A DNA stretch of 64,000 bases from Candidatus Cybelea sp. (GTDB lineage Bacteria > Pseudomonadota > Alphaproteobacteria > Ferrovibrionales > Ferrovibrionaceae). Of this stretch, positions 1 to 8,697 are shown piece after piece. The DNA lies in contig DASQHM010000052.1 in the NCBI GenBank assembly GCA_035632095.1, positions 102 to 64,101 of the forward strand, read 5' to 3'. Position 1 is the stretch's first letter, and the number at the start of each line of letters is the position of its first letter. The notes beneath the pieces were generated by a model. It made no database searches, was not told the origin of the DNA, and saw nothing but the letters and a program-made list of their open reading frames with translations. Made by a program: the position numbers and the translations under genes.

Positions 1-35
1 GGTATGTCCATGCAAGCACGGGTCAGACTTTGTCC

Positions 36-1118
36 TCAGAGCGTCCATTCTCCATGTAGGAGAAGGTTTCGCCCCGAGTATTGAAGCACGTTTTTATGGC
101 CGGATGCCCTTCCTGGCGCCACCCCCGGCAGCATCCAGTCGATTTCGATGTCGTGGGTGAAGCAGAACAGCATCTCGTCCACGATCCGGTCGGCGCCGAC
201 GGTGCGCGAGATCGGAACCAGCTTGGTGTCCTTCGGCGTCTTCGGGATGAAGTGATACTTGTAGAAGCGCTTCAGGTTCTTGTGGCCCACGCCGCCGGTC
301 ATGGTGGGGATGTGGTTCACGTAGGGCTCGGGAACCATGGTCGCCATGGTGGCATCCACGTCGCGCGTGCCGAACTCGTACATGGTATGCGCGTCCCACA
401 GCGCCGACAGGTCATAGTGCGGCCCCGCCACGCGGCGAAGCGCGGCGATCGAGCGCGTGTGCGCCATCATGGACGCCGGCTTGTCATAGTGCATGCCGGT
501 GACCCGGTTGAAGCCATGGTCCGCGCCCGGATAGTTGTAAATCTCGACGTCCGGCCGCTTGGCGAAGGCCTTGCGGATTTTCGCCACCGCCGCCGGCGGC
601 GCGTATTGGTCGAGCTCGGCGAAGTGCATGACCATCGGGCACTTGATCTTCTTGGCGAGCTTCAAGTCCTGGTCGATGCCGACGCCGTAATAGGAAATGG
701 CCAGATCGACGCCCGCATGGGCGGCGGCGAGGTAGGCAAGCTTTCCGCCGAGGCAGAAGCCGAGAGCGGCCACCTTGCCCTTGCACTTCGGCTGCTTTTT
801 CAGTGCCTTCACGCTGGCCCGCATGTCAGTGATGCTCTTGGCCACGTCGAATTTCTGATAGAGCTCGAAGGCCCGCTTCCATTCGTCCTCGCTCTGGCCG
901 AGCTCGATGCCGGGCTCCAGCCGCCAGAACAGGTCCGGACACAGCACCGTGTAGCCTTCCTCCGCATAGAGATCGGCCACGTCGCGCATGTGCTGATTGA
1001 CGCCGAAAATCTCCTGCAGAAGGACAATGCCGGGGCCGGTGCCCTTTTTCGGCGTTGCAAGATACCCGCGGAACTTGGCGCCGCCGGACGCGGCGATGGT
1101 GATGTATTTGCCGGCCAT
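36..1118 (-). CDS. dienelactone hydrolase (carboxymethylenebutenolidase) family protein with C-terminal NTF2/SnoaL-like extension
   Basis: 360-aa ORF with high GC3. The first ~230 aa show a DLH-type alpha/beta-hydrolase pattern (GIVLLQEIFGVN, nucleophile elbow GFCLGG, late YPGADHGF). About 125 extra C-terminal aa follow. Confidence 0.8.
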   Translation of the reverse strand: MAGKYITIAASGGAKFRGYLATPKKGTGPGIVLLQEIFGVNQHMRDVADLYAEEGYTVLCPDLFWRLEPGIELGQSEDEWKRAFELYQKFDVAKSITDMRASVKALKKQPKCKGKVAALGFCLGGKLAYLAAAHAGVDLAISYYGVGIDQDLKLAKKIKCPMVMHFAELDQYAPPAAVAKIRKAFAKRPDVEIYNYPGADHGFNRVTGMHYDKPASMMAHTRSIAALRRVAGPHYDLSALWDAHTMYEFGTRDVDATMATMVPEPYVNHIPTMTGGVGHKNLKRFYKYHFIPKTPKDTKLVPISRTVGADRIVDEMLFCFTHDIEIDWMLPGVAPGRASGHKNVLQYSGRNLLLHGEWTL

Positions 1119-1317
1119 GGTCGTCCCCCTGTTTAGGCGTCTGGATCGGCGAATATCCGCGCCTTTTTGGCAACCTGCGTCACGCTAGGCAGGGCCCGCC
1201 GCCTTGTCAATGGAACGGCCGCAAGGCAAGGTGAAGCCTGCGTGAACCGGGGCTAAGATAGCCTCCGATCGGTAACGCCCGTGGCTCGGGTGGAAGGCGG
1301 CGGGGCGAGGAGGACGC

Positions 1318-2622
1318 ATGGGATTCATAAGTCGCGGCGAGTTGCAGCGTCTGGTCGAGCCGGACCGGGTGCATCGGAGCGTCTATGTCGATCCGGCGAT
1401 TTTCGACATGGAGATGGAGCGGGTTTTCGGCCGCGCGTGGATCTATGTCGGGCACGAAAGCCAGGTTCCGAAGCCCGGCGACTACATAACGGCGCTGATC
1501 GGCCGCCAGCCGGTGGTCATGGTCCGCCACACCGATGGCGCCATCCACGTGCTCTACAACAGATGCGGACATAAGGGCGCAGTCGTCGTCGGCGAACGCT
1601 GCGGCAACGCCAAGTTCTTCCGCTGCTGCTATCACGGCTGGACCTATAAGACCGACGGCTCGCTCCTCGGCGTGCCGCTGAGGACCGGCTATGAGGGCAC
1701 GAGTTTCGATACGACAAACGCCGCGTTCTGGATGGCGAAGGTGCCGCGCGTGCAGAACTACCGCGGCTTCGTGTTCGCGAGCCTGGCCGATCACGGGCTC
1801 GATTTGAAGACGTTCCTCGGCACGGCTTTGTCGTCGCTCGACGATATGGTCGACCGCGCGCCCGAAGGACAGTTGGAGATCGCGGGCGGCTGCTTCCGCA
1901 TCCTGCAGCGCTCCAACTGGAAGATCTTCATGGAGAACCTGAACGATCTGATGCATCCGATGATCGTTCACGAATCCTCCGTGGAGGCCGCTCGCCAGCA
2001 GGGCAGGGAAGTGGCGCCGGGCGAGCCGCAGCCGCTCGTGATCAAAATCCTCGCGGGCAACGGCGAGGCCTACAGCTTCTGGGAGCGGCTCGGCGTCACG
2101 GTCGACGAGCACGGCCACAGCTTCATGGGCGGCATCGTCAGCCCGCGCAGCAACGACCCGGTTTTCCTGCAATACGTCGCGGCCATGGAGAAGAATTACG
2201 GCAAGGAGCGGACCGAGAAGATCCTTTCGGTCAACCGCCACAATACCATCTTCTATCCGAGCTGTTCGGTGCAGGCATCGTTTCAGCAGATGCGCGTCAT
2301 CCGGCCGCTGGCCATCGATCGCACCTTGGTGGAGGTGTGGAATTTCCGCCTCAAGGGCGCGCCGGAAGCCATGTACCAGAAGACGCTGCTCTATTCGAAC
2401 GTGGTCAACTCGCCCTCGTCCATCGTCATGCCGGACGATCTGGAAGCCTACAACCGCGTGCAGGTGGGCCTCGGCACGGCGGGCTCCGATTGGGTGAGCC
2501 TGCATCGCGACACGGGCCGCGACCGGCCCGGCAGCGGCGAGACCTCCGCCATCGGCACCAGCGAATTGCCCATGCGCAACCAGTTCCGCGCCTGGCTCAG
2601 ATACATGACGGCGGAGGCCTGA
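1318..2622 (+). CDS. Rieske-type aromatic ring-hydroxylating oxygenase, alpha subunit
   Basis: 434 aa. Rieske motif CGH-x17-CCYH (NRCGHKG...FRCCYHGW) and mononuclear iron motif D-x2-H-x4-H (NDLMHPMIVH). A GAGGAGGA Shine-Dalgarno precedes the ATG. Confidence 0.9.
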   Translation: MGFISRGELQRLVEPDRVHRSVYVDPAIFDMEMERVFGRAWIYVGHESQVPKPGDYITALIGRQPVVMVRHTDGAIHVLYNRCGHKGAVVVGERCGNAKFFRCCYHGWTYKTDGSLLGVPLRTGYEGTSFDTTNAAFWMAKVPRVQNYRGFVFASLADHGLDLKTFLGTALSSLDDMVDRAPEGQLEIAGGCFRILQRSNWKIFMENLNDLMHPMIVHESSVEAARQQGREVAPGEPQPLVIKILAGNGEAYSFWERLGVTVDEHGHSFMGGIVSPRSNDPVFLQYVAAMEKNYGKERTEKILSVNRHNTIFYPSCSVQASFQQMRVIRPLAIDRTLVEVWNFRLKGAPEAMYQKTLLYSNVVNSPSSIVMPDDLEAYNRVQVGLGTAGSDWVSLHRDTGRDRPGSGETSAIGTSELPMRNQFRAWLRYMTAEA

Positions 2623-2624
2623 GC

Positions 2625-3134
2625 ATGCCGACCGCGGTCAAGTCCAGTGCGGCGCCCGCACAATTGCCCGACGTGGGCGAAATCGAGCGGTTCCTGTCCG
2701 AGGAAGCGCGAATGCTCGACGAGGGCCGTTACGACGAATGGCTCGGCTTGTTCACGGACGACGGCATCTATTGGGTCCCGCTCGAGCCCGGCCAGACCGA
2801 TCCGATCAACCACGTGTCGCTGTTTTACGAGGATCGGCTGTTGCGCGAGATGCGGGTGAAGCGCCTGCGCCATCCGCGGGCATTTTCGCTCGAGCCGCCG
2901 CTCAGGACCGCGCGCCTCGTCGGCAACGTCATGGTGGACGCGGGCGAAGGCGGCGAGATCATCGTTCGATCCACGTTCCACATGATGGAGTCTCGCCGCG
3001 ACGAACAGCGCATGTTCGGCGGCACGTACACGCATCGTCTCGTGGCCGCGGGCGGCGGCCTCCGCATCAAGCTGAAGCGGGTCGACCTCATCAACTGCGA
3101 CGCGGTGCACGAGGCGCTGCAGACCTTCATCTGA
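2625..3134 (+). CDS. ring-hydroxylating oxygenase beta subunit (NTF2-like)
   Basis: 169 aa from the ATG at 2625, 2 nt after the alpha stop. Small-subunit-like pattern (EEARMLDEGRYDEWLGLFTDDGIYWVP...). The ORF-track start at 2337 is an upstream artefact overlapping alpha. Confidence 0.85.
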   Translation: MPTAVKSSAAPAQLPDVGEIERFLSEEARMLDEGRYDEWLGLFTDDGIYWVPLEPGQTDPINHVSLFYEDRLLREMRVKRLRHPRAFSLEPPLRTARLVGNVMVDAGEGGEIIVRSTFHMMESRRDEQRMFGGTYTHRLVAAGGGLRIKLKRVDLINCDAVHEALQTFI

Positions 3135-3145
3135 CGGCGCGATCC

Positions 3146-3760
3146 ATGGCCCGCGCCGGCACGGCGGTATTAGCACTTCACTACCAGAATGACGTGCTGC
3201 ATCCGGACGGCAAGATTCGCGTCGGCGTCTCGGCGCGGAGCCGCAAGCGGACCCGCGTGATCGCGGCGGCGCGGGTGCTCCTCGACGGCGCGCGGCGTCA
3301 CGGCGTTCCAGTGATTTCCGTGCGTATCGGCTTTCGCGCCGATTTCGCCGACGTGATCGCCAACTGCGACATCTTCCGCAACGTGATCCGGCTCGGCGCC
3401 ATGCAGCGGGGCAGTTGGGGCGCCGAATTCTTCGACGGCCTCGGTCCGCTGCCGGGCGAGGCTGTCATTTCCCACAACCGCATCAGCGCCTTCTATCGCA
3501 CCGGCCTGCAGCGGCTCCTGCGGCGGCTCAAGACCCGCCGGGTCGTCGTCGCCGGCATCGCCACCAATTACGTGGTCGAGCACACGGTGCGCGACGCCGC
3601 CGATATAGGCTATGCGGTGACGGTGGCGAGCGATGCCTGCTCGTCGGGGAACTCGGTCTTGCACAAGGCGAGCCTCGCCAATATGGCGTTGCTGGCGGAA
3701 ATCGCCCCGGCATCGGATATAGTGCGAAGCTTCAGGGGCAAGACGGGACGGCGAACGTGA
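3146..3760 (+). CDS. isochorismatase-family hydrolase lacking the canonical nucleophilic Cys
   Basis: 204 aa from the ATG at 3146. Isochorismatase/cysteine-hydrolase fold pattern (ALHYQNDV..., VVVAGIATNYVVEHTVRDA). Val sits where amidase-type members carry Cys (T-D/N-x-C-V). Confidence 0.75.
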   Translation: MARAGTAVLALHYQNDVLHPDGKIRVGVSARSRKRTRVIAAARVLLDGARRHGVPVISVRIGFRADFADVIANCDIFRNVIRLGAMQRGSWGAEFFDGLGPLPGEAVISHNRISAFYRTGLQRLLRRLKTRRVVVAGIATNYVVEHTVRDAADIGYAVTVASDACSSGNSVLHKASLANMALLAEIAPASDIVRSFRGKTGRRT

Positions 3761-4545
3761 CGGGACTTTCCGGCAAGACGGCCATCGTGACCGGCGGCGC
3801 GACCAGCATCGGCGCCGCGATCGTCCGCGCGTTACGCGGTGCGGGGGCAAACGTGGCGATCGCCGATATCGACGATGCTTCCGGCGCGGTCCTGGCGCGC
3901 GAACTCGGTCCCGGCGCCTTGTTCCAGCGTTGCGACATCACCAACGACGCCGAACTGGACTCACTCGTCGCGGCGGTAACGCGCGCCTTCGGCGGCGTCG
4001 ACATTCTGGTCAACAACGCATGCACCTTCCTCGACAACGGATTGTCCTCGACCCGCGAGGAATGGCTGCGATCGTTCAACACCAACGTCGCGAGCGGCGC
4101 GCTGCTGCTGCATCGTCTGGTGCCGACCATGAAGGCGCGAGGCGGCGGCGCGGTGGTGAACTTCAGCAGCATCGCCGGCAAATTCGGGCAGACCAGCCGC
4201 GCGCTCTATCCGGTGGCCAAAGCCGCCATCCTCCAGCTCACGCGCAACGAAGCGATGGACCTAGCGCCGCACAAGATCCGCGTCAATGCCATTTCGCCGG
4301 GCTGGACCTGGTCCGCAACCATCGAGCGTCTGGCCAAGGGCGACCGGAAAAAGGCCGATCGCATCGGCGGGGAATTCCACCCGCTCGGCCGCGTCGGCAA
4401 CGCGGAAGACGTGGCCAACGCCGTGCTGTTTCTCTGCTCCGATGCGGCGCAATTCATCACCGGTGTCGATCTGCCGGTCGACGGCGGGTATGCCATGACC
4501 GGCCCGGACAAGGGCAAACCGGCCATGGGCCGCCTGGCGGAATAG
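3757..4545 (+). CDS. short-chain dehydrogenase/reductase (SDR)
   Basis: 262 aa from a GTG at 3757 (GTGA overlap with the upstream stop). Cofactor motif TGGATSIGAAI and catalytic YPVAKAA (YxxxK). Confidence 0.85.
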   Translation: MTGLSGKTAIVTGGATSIGAAIVRALRGAGANVAIADIDDASGAVLARELGPGALFQRCDITNDAELDSLVAAVTRAFGGVDILVNNACTFLDNGLSSTREEWLRSFNTNVASGALLLHRLVPTMKARGGGAVVNFSSIAGKFGQTSRALYPVAKAAILQLTRNEAMDLAPHKIRVNAISPGWTWSATIERLAKGDRKKADRIGGEFHPLGRVGNAEDVANAVLFLCSDAAQFITGVDLPVDGGYAMTGPDKGKPAMGRLAE

Positions 4546-4650
4546 GCTAACCGTGCCGTTGCGACTCATCGTGGCGCGTGTACTTGCGAAAAGCGGCGCG
4601 CGGCTCTCGCTGCTTTACGCGGTGAAGACGCGGCGGCGCGTGCTCGATCT

Positions 4651-4938
4651 CTAGCCGGCGGGCCGCGCCAGCAGGTCGTTGAATTCCGGATGCTTCTTCA
4701 GAAAGCCGGCGATGAAGGGGCATTCGGCAGCGACCTTGAGGCCCTCGGCCCGCACCAACCCCAGCGCGCCCTGCGCGAGGGTCGTGCCGACGCCACGGCC
4801 GCCGAGTTCGGGCGGCACCACGGTGTGAACGAAAGTGATCAGCCCCGGCGTGCGGCGGTATTCGGCGAAGGCTATGTGGCCGTCAACGTCGAGTTCGAAG
4901 CGGTGCAGCGATCGATTGTCGCGGACGGTGTTGGCCAT
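4651..4938 (-). CDS. small GNAT-like N-acetyltransferase domain protein (YjdJ-type, ~95 aa)
   Basis: 95 aa (MANTVRDNRSLHRFELDVDGHIAFAEYRR...GGRGVGTTLAQGAL...CPFIAGFLKKHPE). Starts 8 nt downstream of the carboxyltransferase stop. The longer 216-aa ORF-track version overlaps the upstream gene. Confidence 0.7.
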   Translation of the reverse strand: MANTVRDNRSLHRFELDVDGHIAFAEYRRTPGLITFVHTVVPPELGGRGVGTTLAQGALGLVRAEGLKVAAECPFIAGFLKKHPEFNDLLARPAG

Positions 4939-4946
4939 GGCGCCCC

Positions 4947-6494
4947 CTACGGCCGCATGTGGAACGCGCTCGGGCCGGTTTTCCTGAGCGGCGCGGCAAG
5001 ATTGGCGAATTCGCACAGCAGCGGGCGCGTGTCGCGCGGGTCGATGATCTCCTCCACCAGGAACGCTTCCGCCGTGCGAAAGGGCGAACGCACCCGGTTC
5101 AGGCGCTCCTCGATATCGGCCCGGAGCTTCGCCGGGTCGCTCGATGCCTCCAGATCGGAGCGGTAGGCGGCTTCGAGGCCGCCCTCGATCGGCAGCGAGC
5201 CCCAATCGCCCGATGGCCAGGCGTAGCGGTAGTGCAGGCGCGTCGCGTTCATGTGCGCCGCACCGGCGACGCCGAAGGCCTTGCGCACCAGGATCGAGCA
5301 CCAGGGCACCGACGCCTGATACACGGCGGCGAGCGCCCGCGCGCCGTGGCGTATGGTGCCCTGCTTCTCAGCTTCGACGCCGATGACGAAACCCGGGCAG
5401 TCGACGAAGTGCACCACGGGCAGGTGGAACGTTTCGGCCAGATCGACGAAGCGCGTGATCTTGATGGAGGCGTCGGCGGTCCATCCGCCGCCGTAGTGGT
5501 AGGGATCGCCGGCCATGATCGCGACGGGCCAACCGTCGAGACGCGCGAGGGCCGTGATGATCGGGCCGCCGAATTGCCTGCCCATTTCGCAGAAGCTGCC
5601 CCTGTCGACGCAGGCCTCGACGATGCGGCGCATCTTGTAGACCTTGCGCCGGTCGCGCGGCACCGCCTCGATCAGCCAGGGATCGCGCCGGTTCGGGTCG
5701 TCGGCGGGTGCCGCGCGCGGCGGCAATTCATAGACCGACGACGGCAGGTAGGATAGGAAGCGCCGGGCCGCAGCGAAGGCCTCGTCCTCGGTATCGACTT
5801 CTTCGTCGATGGCCCCGGCCTTGGCATGGATCGAGGTCCCGCCGAGCTCTTCCTTGCTCAAGCTCTCGCCGGCGCGGGCCACCACGGGCGGACCGGCGAT
5901 GAACATCTGCGATATGCCCTTTACCATCACCGCGTAGTGGCTTGTCGCCATGCGGGCGGCGCCGAGACCAGCCACCGAGCCGAGGCCGAGGGAAACCACC
6001 GGCACCGTGCCCATGTTGGCGACCACCCAATCCCAGGCCGGGTTGGCCGGAACGTAGGTGCGGCCATCCATCTCGAGCGACTTGACCGAGCCGCCGCCGC
6101 CGGTGCCGTCCACCAGGCGGATGATGGGCAAACGCAGCTCATGGGCCATCTGCTCGGCAATGCCCTGCTTGCCGCGGATCGAGGCGTCGGCGGCGCCGCC
6201 GCGCACCGTGAAATCGTCGCCGCCCACAACCACATGGCGGCCGTCGATGGTGCCTCGTCCGGCCACGAAATTGGCCGGCATGAAATCGACCAGATTGCCT
6301 TTGGCGTCGTAGGTCGCCTTGCCGGCGATGGTGCCGGTCTCGCGAAACGAGCCGGGATCCAGAAGCCGTTGCACCCGTTCGCGAACGGTGAGCTTGCCGC
6401 CGTCGTGTTGGCGTTTGACCTTGTCCGGGCCGCCCATGCGCAGCGCGAGCGCTTCGCGCCGGCGCAACTCTTCGATCTCGTTCTCCCAACTCAT
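4947..6494 (-). CDS. acyl-CoA carboxylase carboxyltransferase (beta) subunit family protein
   Basis: 515 aa. Two-lobed carboxyltransferase pattern (GKLTVRERVQRLLDPGSF..., GGGGSVK, ...FVDCPGFVIGVEAEKQGTIRHGA...). No biotin carboxylase or BCCP gene lies in the window. Confidence 0.85.
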   Translation of the reverse strand: MSWENEIEELRRREALALRMGGPDKVKRQHDGGKLTVRERVQRLLDPGSFRETGTIAGKATYDAKGNLVDFMPANFVAGRGTIDGRHVVVGGDDFTVRGGAADASIRGKQGIAEQMAHELRLPIIRLVDGTGGGGSVKSLEMDGRTYVPANPAWDWVVANMGTVPVVSLGLGSVAGLGAARMATSHYAVMVKGISQMFIAGPPVVARAGESLSKEELGGTSIHAKAGAIDEEVDTEDEAFAAARRFLSYLPSSVYELPPRAAPADDPNRRDPWLIEAVPRDRRKVYKMRRIVEACVDRGSFCEMGRQFGGPIITALARLDGWPVAIMAGDPYHYGGGWTADASIKITRFVDLAETFHLPVVHFVDCPGFVIGVEAEKQGTIRHGARALAAVYQASVPWCSILVRKAFGVAGAAHMNATRLHYRYAWPSGDWGSLPIEGGLEAAYRSDLEASSDPAKLRADIEERLNRVRSPFRTAEAFLVEEIIDPRDTRPLLCEFANLAAPLRKTGPSAFHMRP

Positions 6495-6706
6495 TCAGCG
6501 CAACCCTTAGTGTTTACTATGCTCATTAAGGTTACCACGTTGAGACTACAGGGAAAAATCAATCAAAACTACGCGAATCAGAGTCGAGTTTATTTGCGCT
6601 ATACGGGCGCTTCTGTAGACTAGGCGAGAACAACGTTCCCAAGTCCACCGGTTAGAAGAGGGTCGCGTCGGTAGGCATCTTCGACGCGGCGACGGGTGGA
6701 TTAACG

Positions 6707-7471
6707 ATGGACACGCTGGTGACCCAGAAGCCGCTGCAAAGCGCTGTAGCGATCGATCTGGCGGAGGCTGCCGAGCGTCTCGGACTCAGCCTGAAGACGC
6801 TTGAGGTCATCCTGCAGCACGGCATCCTGAACGGCTATCAGGACACCGACGGCCGCTGGAAGGTCATCCTCGACGCCGACGGCGCCATTCCAGCGCCTCG
6901 CTCGCCGGAAAATACCGCAGCGGGCCAGCCGCGGTCGCCGGTCGAACTGCGCCGGGATGCGCCGCGACGGAGCGAGCCGCCGCCACCGAAAGCGGACGTG
7001 CCGCCGCTCTCGCCGTCCCAAGGCGAGCCTTCGAAGTCCGAGGCGCCGAAGCCCGAGACCCCGAAAGGCGAAGCGCCGCAATCACCTCCGCCGCGGCCCC
7101 CGTCGCCCCCGGCCGCGCCGCCGCGGCGCACGGAACCTGCCCGGCCGCCGGCCGAAATCGGGTCCAGCACCGTCGAGCGGCTTCTGGCCGAGCAAGTGGA
7201 ATACCTGCGAGGCCAGCTCGAGCGGCGGGAGGGCGCGCTGGCTGAAAAGGACGCGCTCGTCGGAGAATTGATGCGCCGCCTGGTGAAACTCAGCCGGACC
7301 GCCGTCGAGCGGATCCCGAACGACCATGTTCTGCGCGGCGAGATCGAATTGACCAAGGCCGAACAGTCCCGGATCACCGAACGTCACGAGAAGGCGATGC
7401 GCAACCTCGGCGACGTCCTGGCCTCGGTGCGTGACTATTTGGCGCGCCAGAAGGTCAAGGATAAACTCTGA
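6707..7471 (+). CDS. hypothetical protein: N-terminal excisionase/MerR-like HTH, Pro-rich linker, C-terminal coiled coil
   Basis: 254 aa with high GC3. N-terminus is HTH_17-like (LAEAAERLGLSLKTLEVILQHGILNGYQDTDGRWKV). The middle is Pro/Glu/Lys-rich (PPPPKADVPPLSPSQGEPSKSEAPKPETPKGEAPQSPPPRPPSPPAAPP). The last ~95 aa are heptad-like. The stop lies 3 nt before the next gene. Confidence 0.65.
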   Translation: MDTLVTQKPLQSAVAIDLAEAAERLGLSLKTLEVILQHGILNGYQDTDGRWKVILDADGAIPAPRSPENTAAGQPRSPVELRRDAPRRSEPPPPKADVPPLSPSQGEPSKSEAPKPETPKGEAPQSPPPRPPSPPAAPPRRTEPARPPAEIGSSTVERLLAEQVEYLRGQLERREGALAEKDALVGELMRRLVKLSRTAVERIPNDHVLRGEIELTKAEQSRITERHEKAMRNLGDVLASVRDYLARQKVKDKL

Positions 7472-7474
7472 TCC

Positions 7475-8650
7475 ATGGACCAGCGCGCGAGCGACGACCG
7501 TCCCGGCGTGGAAGAAGTGCGGGAGGCGGTGGCGGCGATTTGCCGCCGCTTCGGCCTCGACTATTGGCGCGAACGCGACAAGACGCACACCTTTCCCCAT
7601 GACTTCGTGAAGGCCTTTGCCGACGCCGGCTGGCTCGGCATCGCCATGCCGGAGGACGTCGGCGGCGCCGGCCTCGGCATCACCGAAGCCGCCACCATGA
7701 TGCAGGCCATCGCCGAATCCGGCGCCGGCTTCAGCGGCGCATCGGCGCTGCACATGAACATCTTCGGCCTCAATCCGGTGGTGAAGCACGGCAGCGACGA
7801 GCAGCGCCGCCGCATGCTGCCGCCATTGATCCAAGGCCGCGAGCGCGCCTGCTTCGCCGTCACCGAGCCCGATGCGGGGCTCGATACCTTGAGCCTGAAG
7901 ACGCGTGCCGTGCGCAACGGCGATAAATACGTCGTCCACGGCCAAAAGGTCTGGACTTCGACCGCGCAGGTCGCCAACAAGATGCTGCTGCTGGCGCGCA
8001 CCACGCCCGCCGAGCGATGCCGCGAGCGCGTCGACGGGCTGACGCTGTTCTACTGCGACCTCGACCGCGCCCACGTGAAGGCCGACGAGATCGAGAAGAT
8101 GGGGCGTGCCGCCGTGGATTCCAACGTGGTGTTCATCGACGGCCTGGAGATTCCCGCCGCCGATCGCATCGGCGAGGAAGGGCGTGGTTTCCGCTATCTG
8201 ATCGACGGGCTGAACCCCGAGCGCATCCTGATCGGCGCCGAATGCGTCGGCCTCGGCCGCATCGCTCTCAAGATCGCCTCCGAATACGCGCGCGAGCGGC
8301 GCGTATTCGGCCGCCCGATCGGCCAGAACCAGGGCATCCAGCATCCGCTGGCGAAATGCTGGATGGAACTCGAAGCGGCGAACCTGATGGTGTTCAAGGC
8401 GGCCGCGCTCTATGACAAGGGCGAACCCTGCGGCGCCGAGGCGAATTCCGGAAAATATCTCGCGGCGGAGGCCGGGCACGCGGCATGCGAGCGCGCGGTG
8501 CTGACCCACGGCGGTTTCGGCTACGCCAAGGAATATCACGTGGAGCGCTTCCTGCGCGAGATGTACATACCCCGCATCGCGCCGGTCTCGGCGGAGATGA
8601 TCCTCTGCTTCATCGCCGAGAAAGTGCTCGGCTTGCCGAGGTCGTATTGA
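7475..8650 (+). CDS. acyl-CoA dehydrogenase
   Basis: 391 aa with ACAD family pattern throughout (...CFAVTEPDAGLD..., ...KVWTSTAQVA..., ...GGFGYAKEYHVERFLREM...). Confidence 0.9.
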   Translation: MDQRASDDRPGVEEVREAVAAICRRFGLDYWRERDKTHTFPHDFVKAFADAGWLGIAMPEDVGGAGLGITEAATMMQAIAESGAGFSGASALHMNIFGLNPVVKHGSDEQRRRMLPPLIQGRERACFAVTEPDAGLDTLSLKTRAVRNGDKYVVHGQKVWTSTAQVANKMLLLARTTPAERCRERVDGLTLFYCDLDRAHVKADEIEKMGRAAVDSNVVFIDGLEIPAADRIGEEGRGFRYLIDGLNPERILIGAECVGLGRIALKIASEYARERRVFGRPIGQNQGIQHPLAKCWMELEAANLMVFKAAALYDKGEPCGAEANSGKYLAAEAGHAACERAVLTHGGFGYAKEYHVERFLREMYIPRIAPVSAEMILCFIAEKVLGLPRSY

Positions 8651-8697
8651 CTGCCTGGACGACGCCGCGCCCTTCGGCGTGCGGTAGCGTTAGCGCG

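Noticed and set aside
36-130. Possible frameshift at the 3' end of the dienelactone hydrolase fusion. An alternative frame reads ...AIKTCFNTRGETFSYMENGRSEDKV.
   Set aside because: Neither frame gives a clearly better match to what I remember of NTF2-like C-termini. Without orthologs the annotated frame stands. The lower GC here may simply reflect the gene end.
1150-1180. TGGCAA-cctgc-GTCA upstream of the Rieske operon as a sigma-54 promoter.
   Set aside because: The spacing between the GG and a GC dinucleotide does not match the -24/-12 (GG-N10-GC) geometry, and there is no TTGC element.
6495-6706. AT-rich 212-bp divergent intergenic region as a possible sRNA gene.
   Set aside because: It contains only weak inverted repeats (for example CGCGTCG-N11-CGACGCG near 6661-6690) and no terminator-like structure. 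Two divergent promoters explain it more simply.
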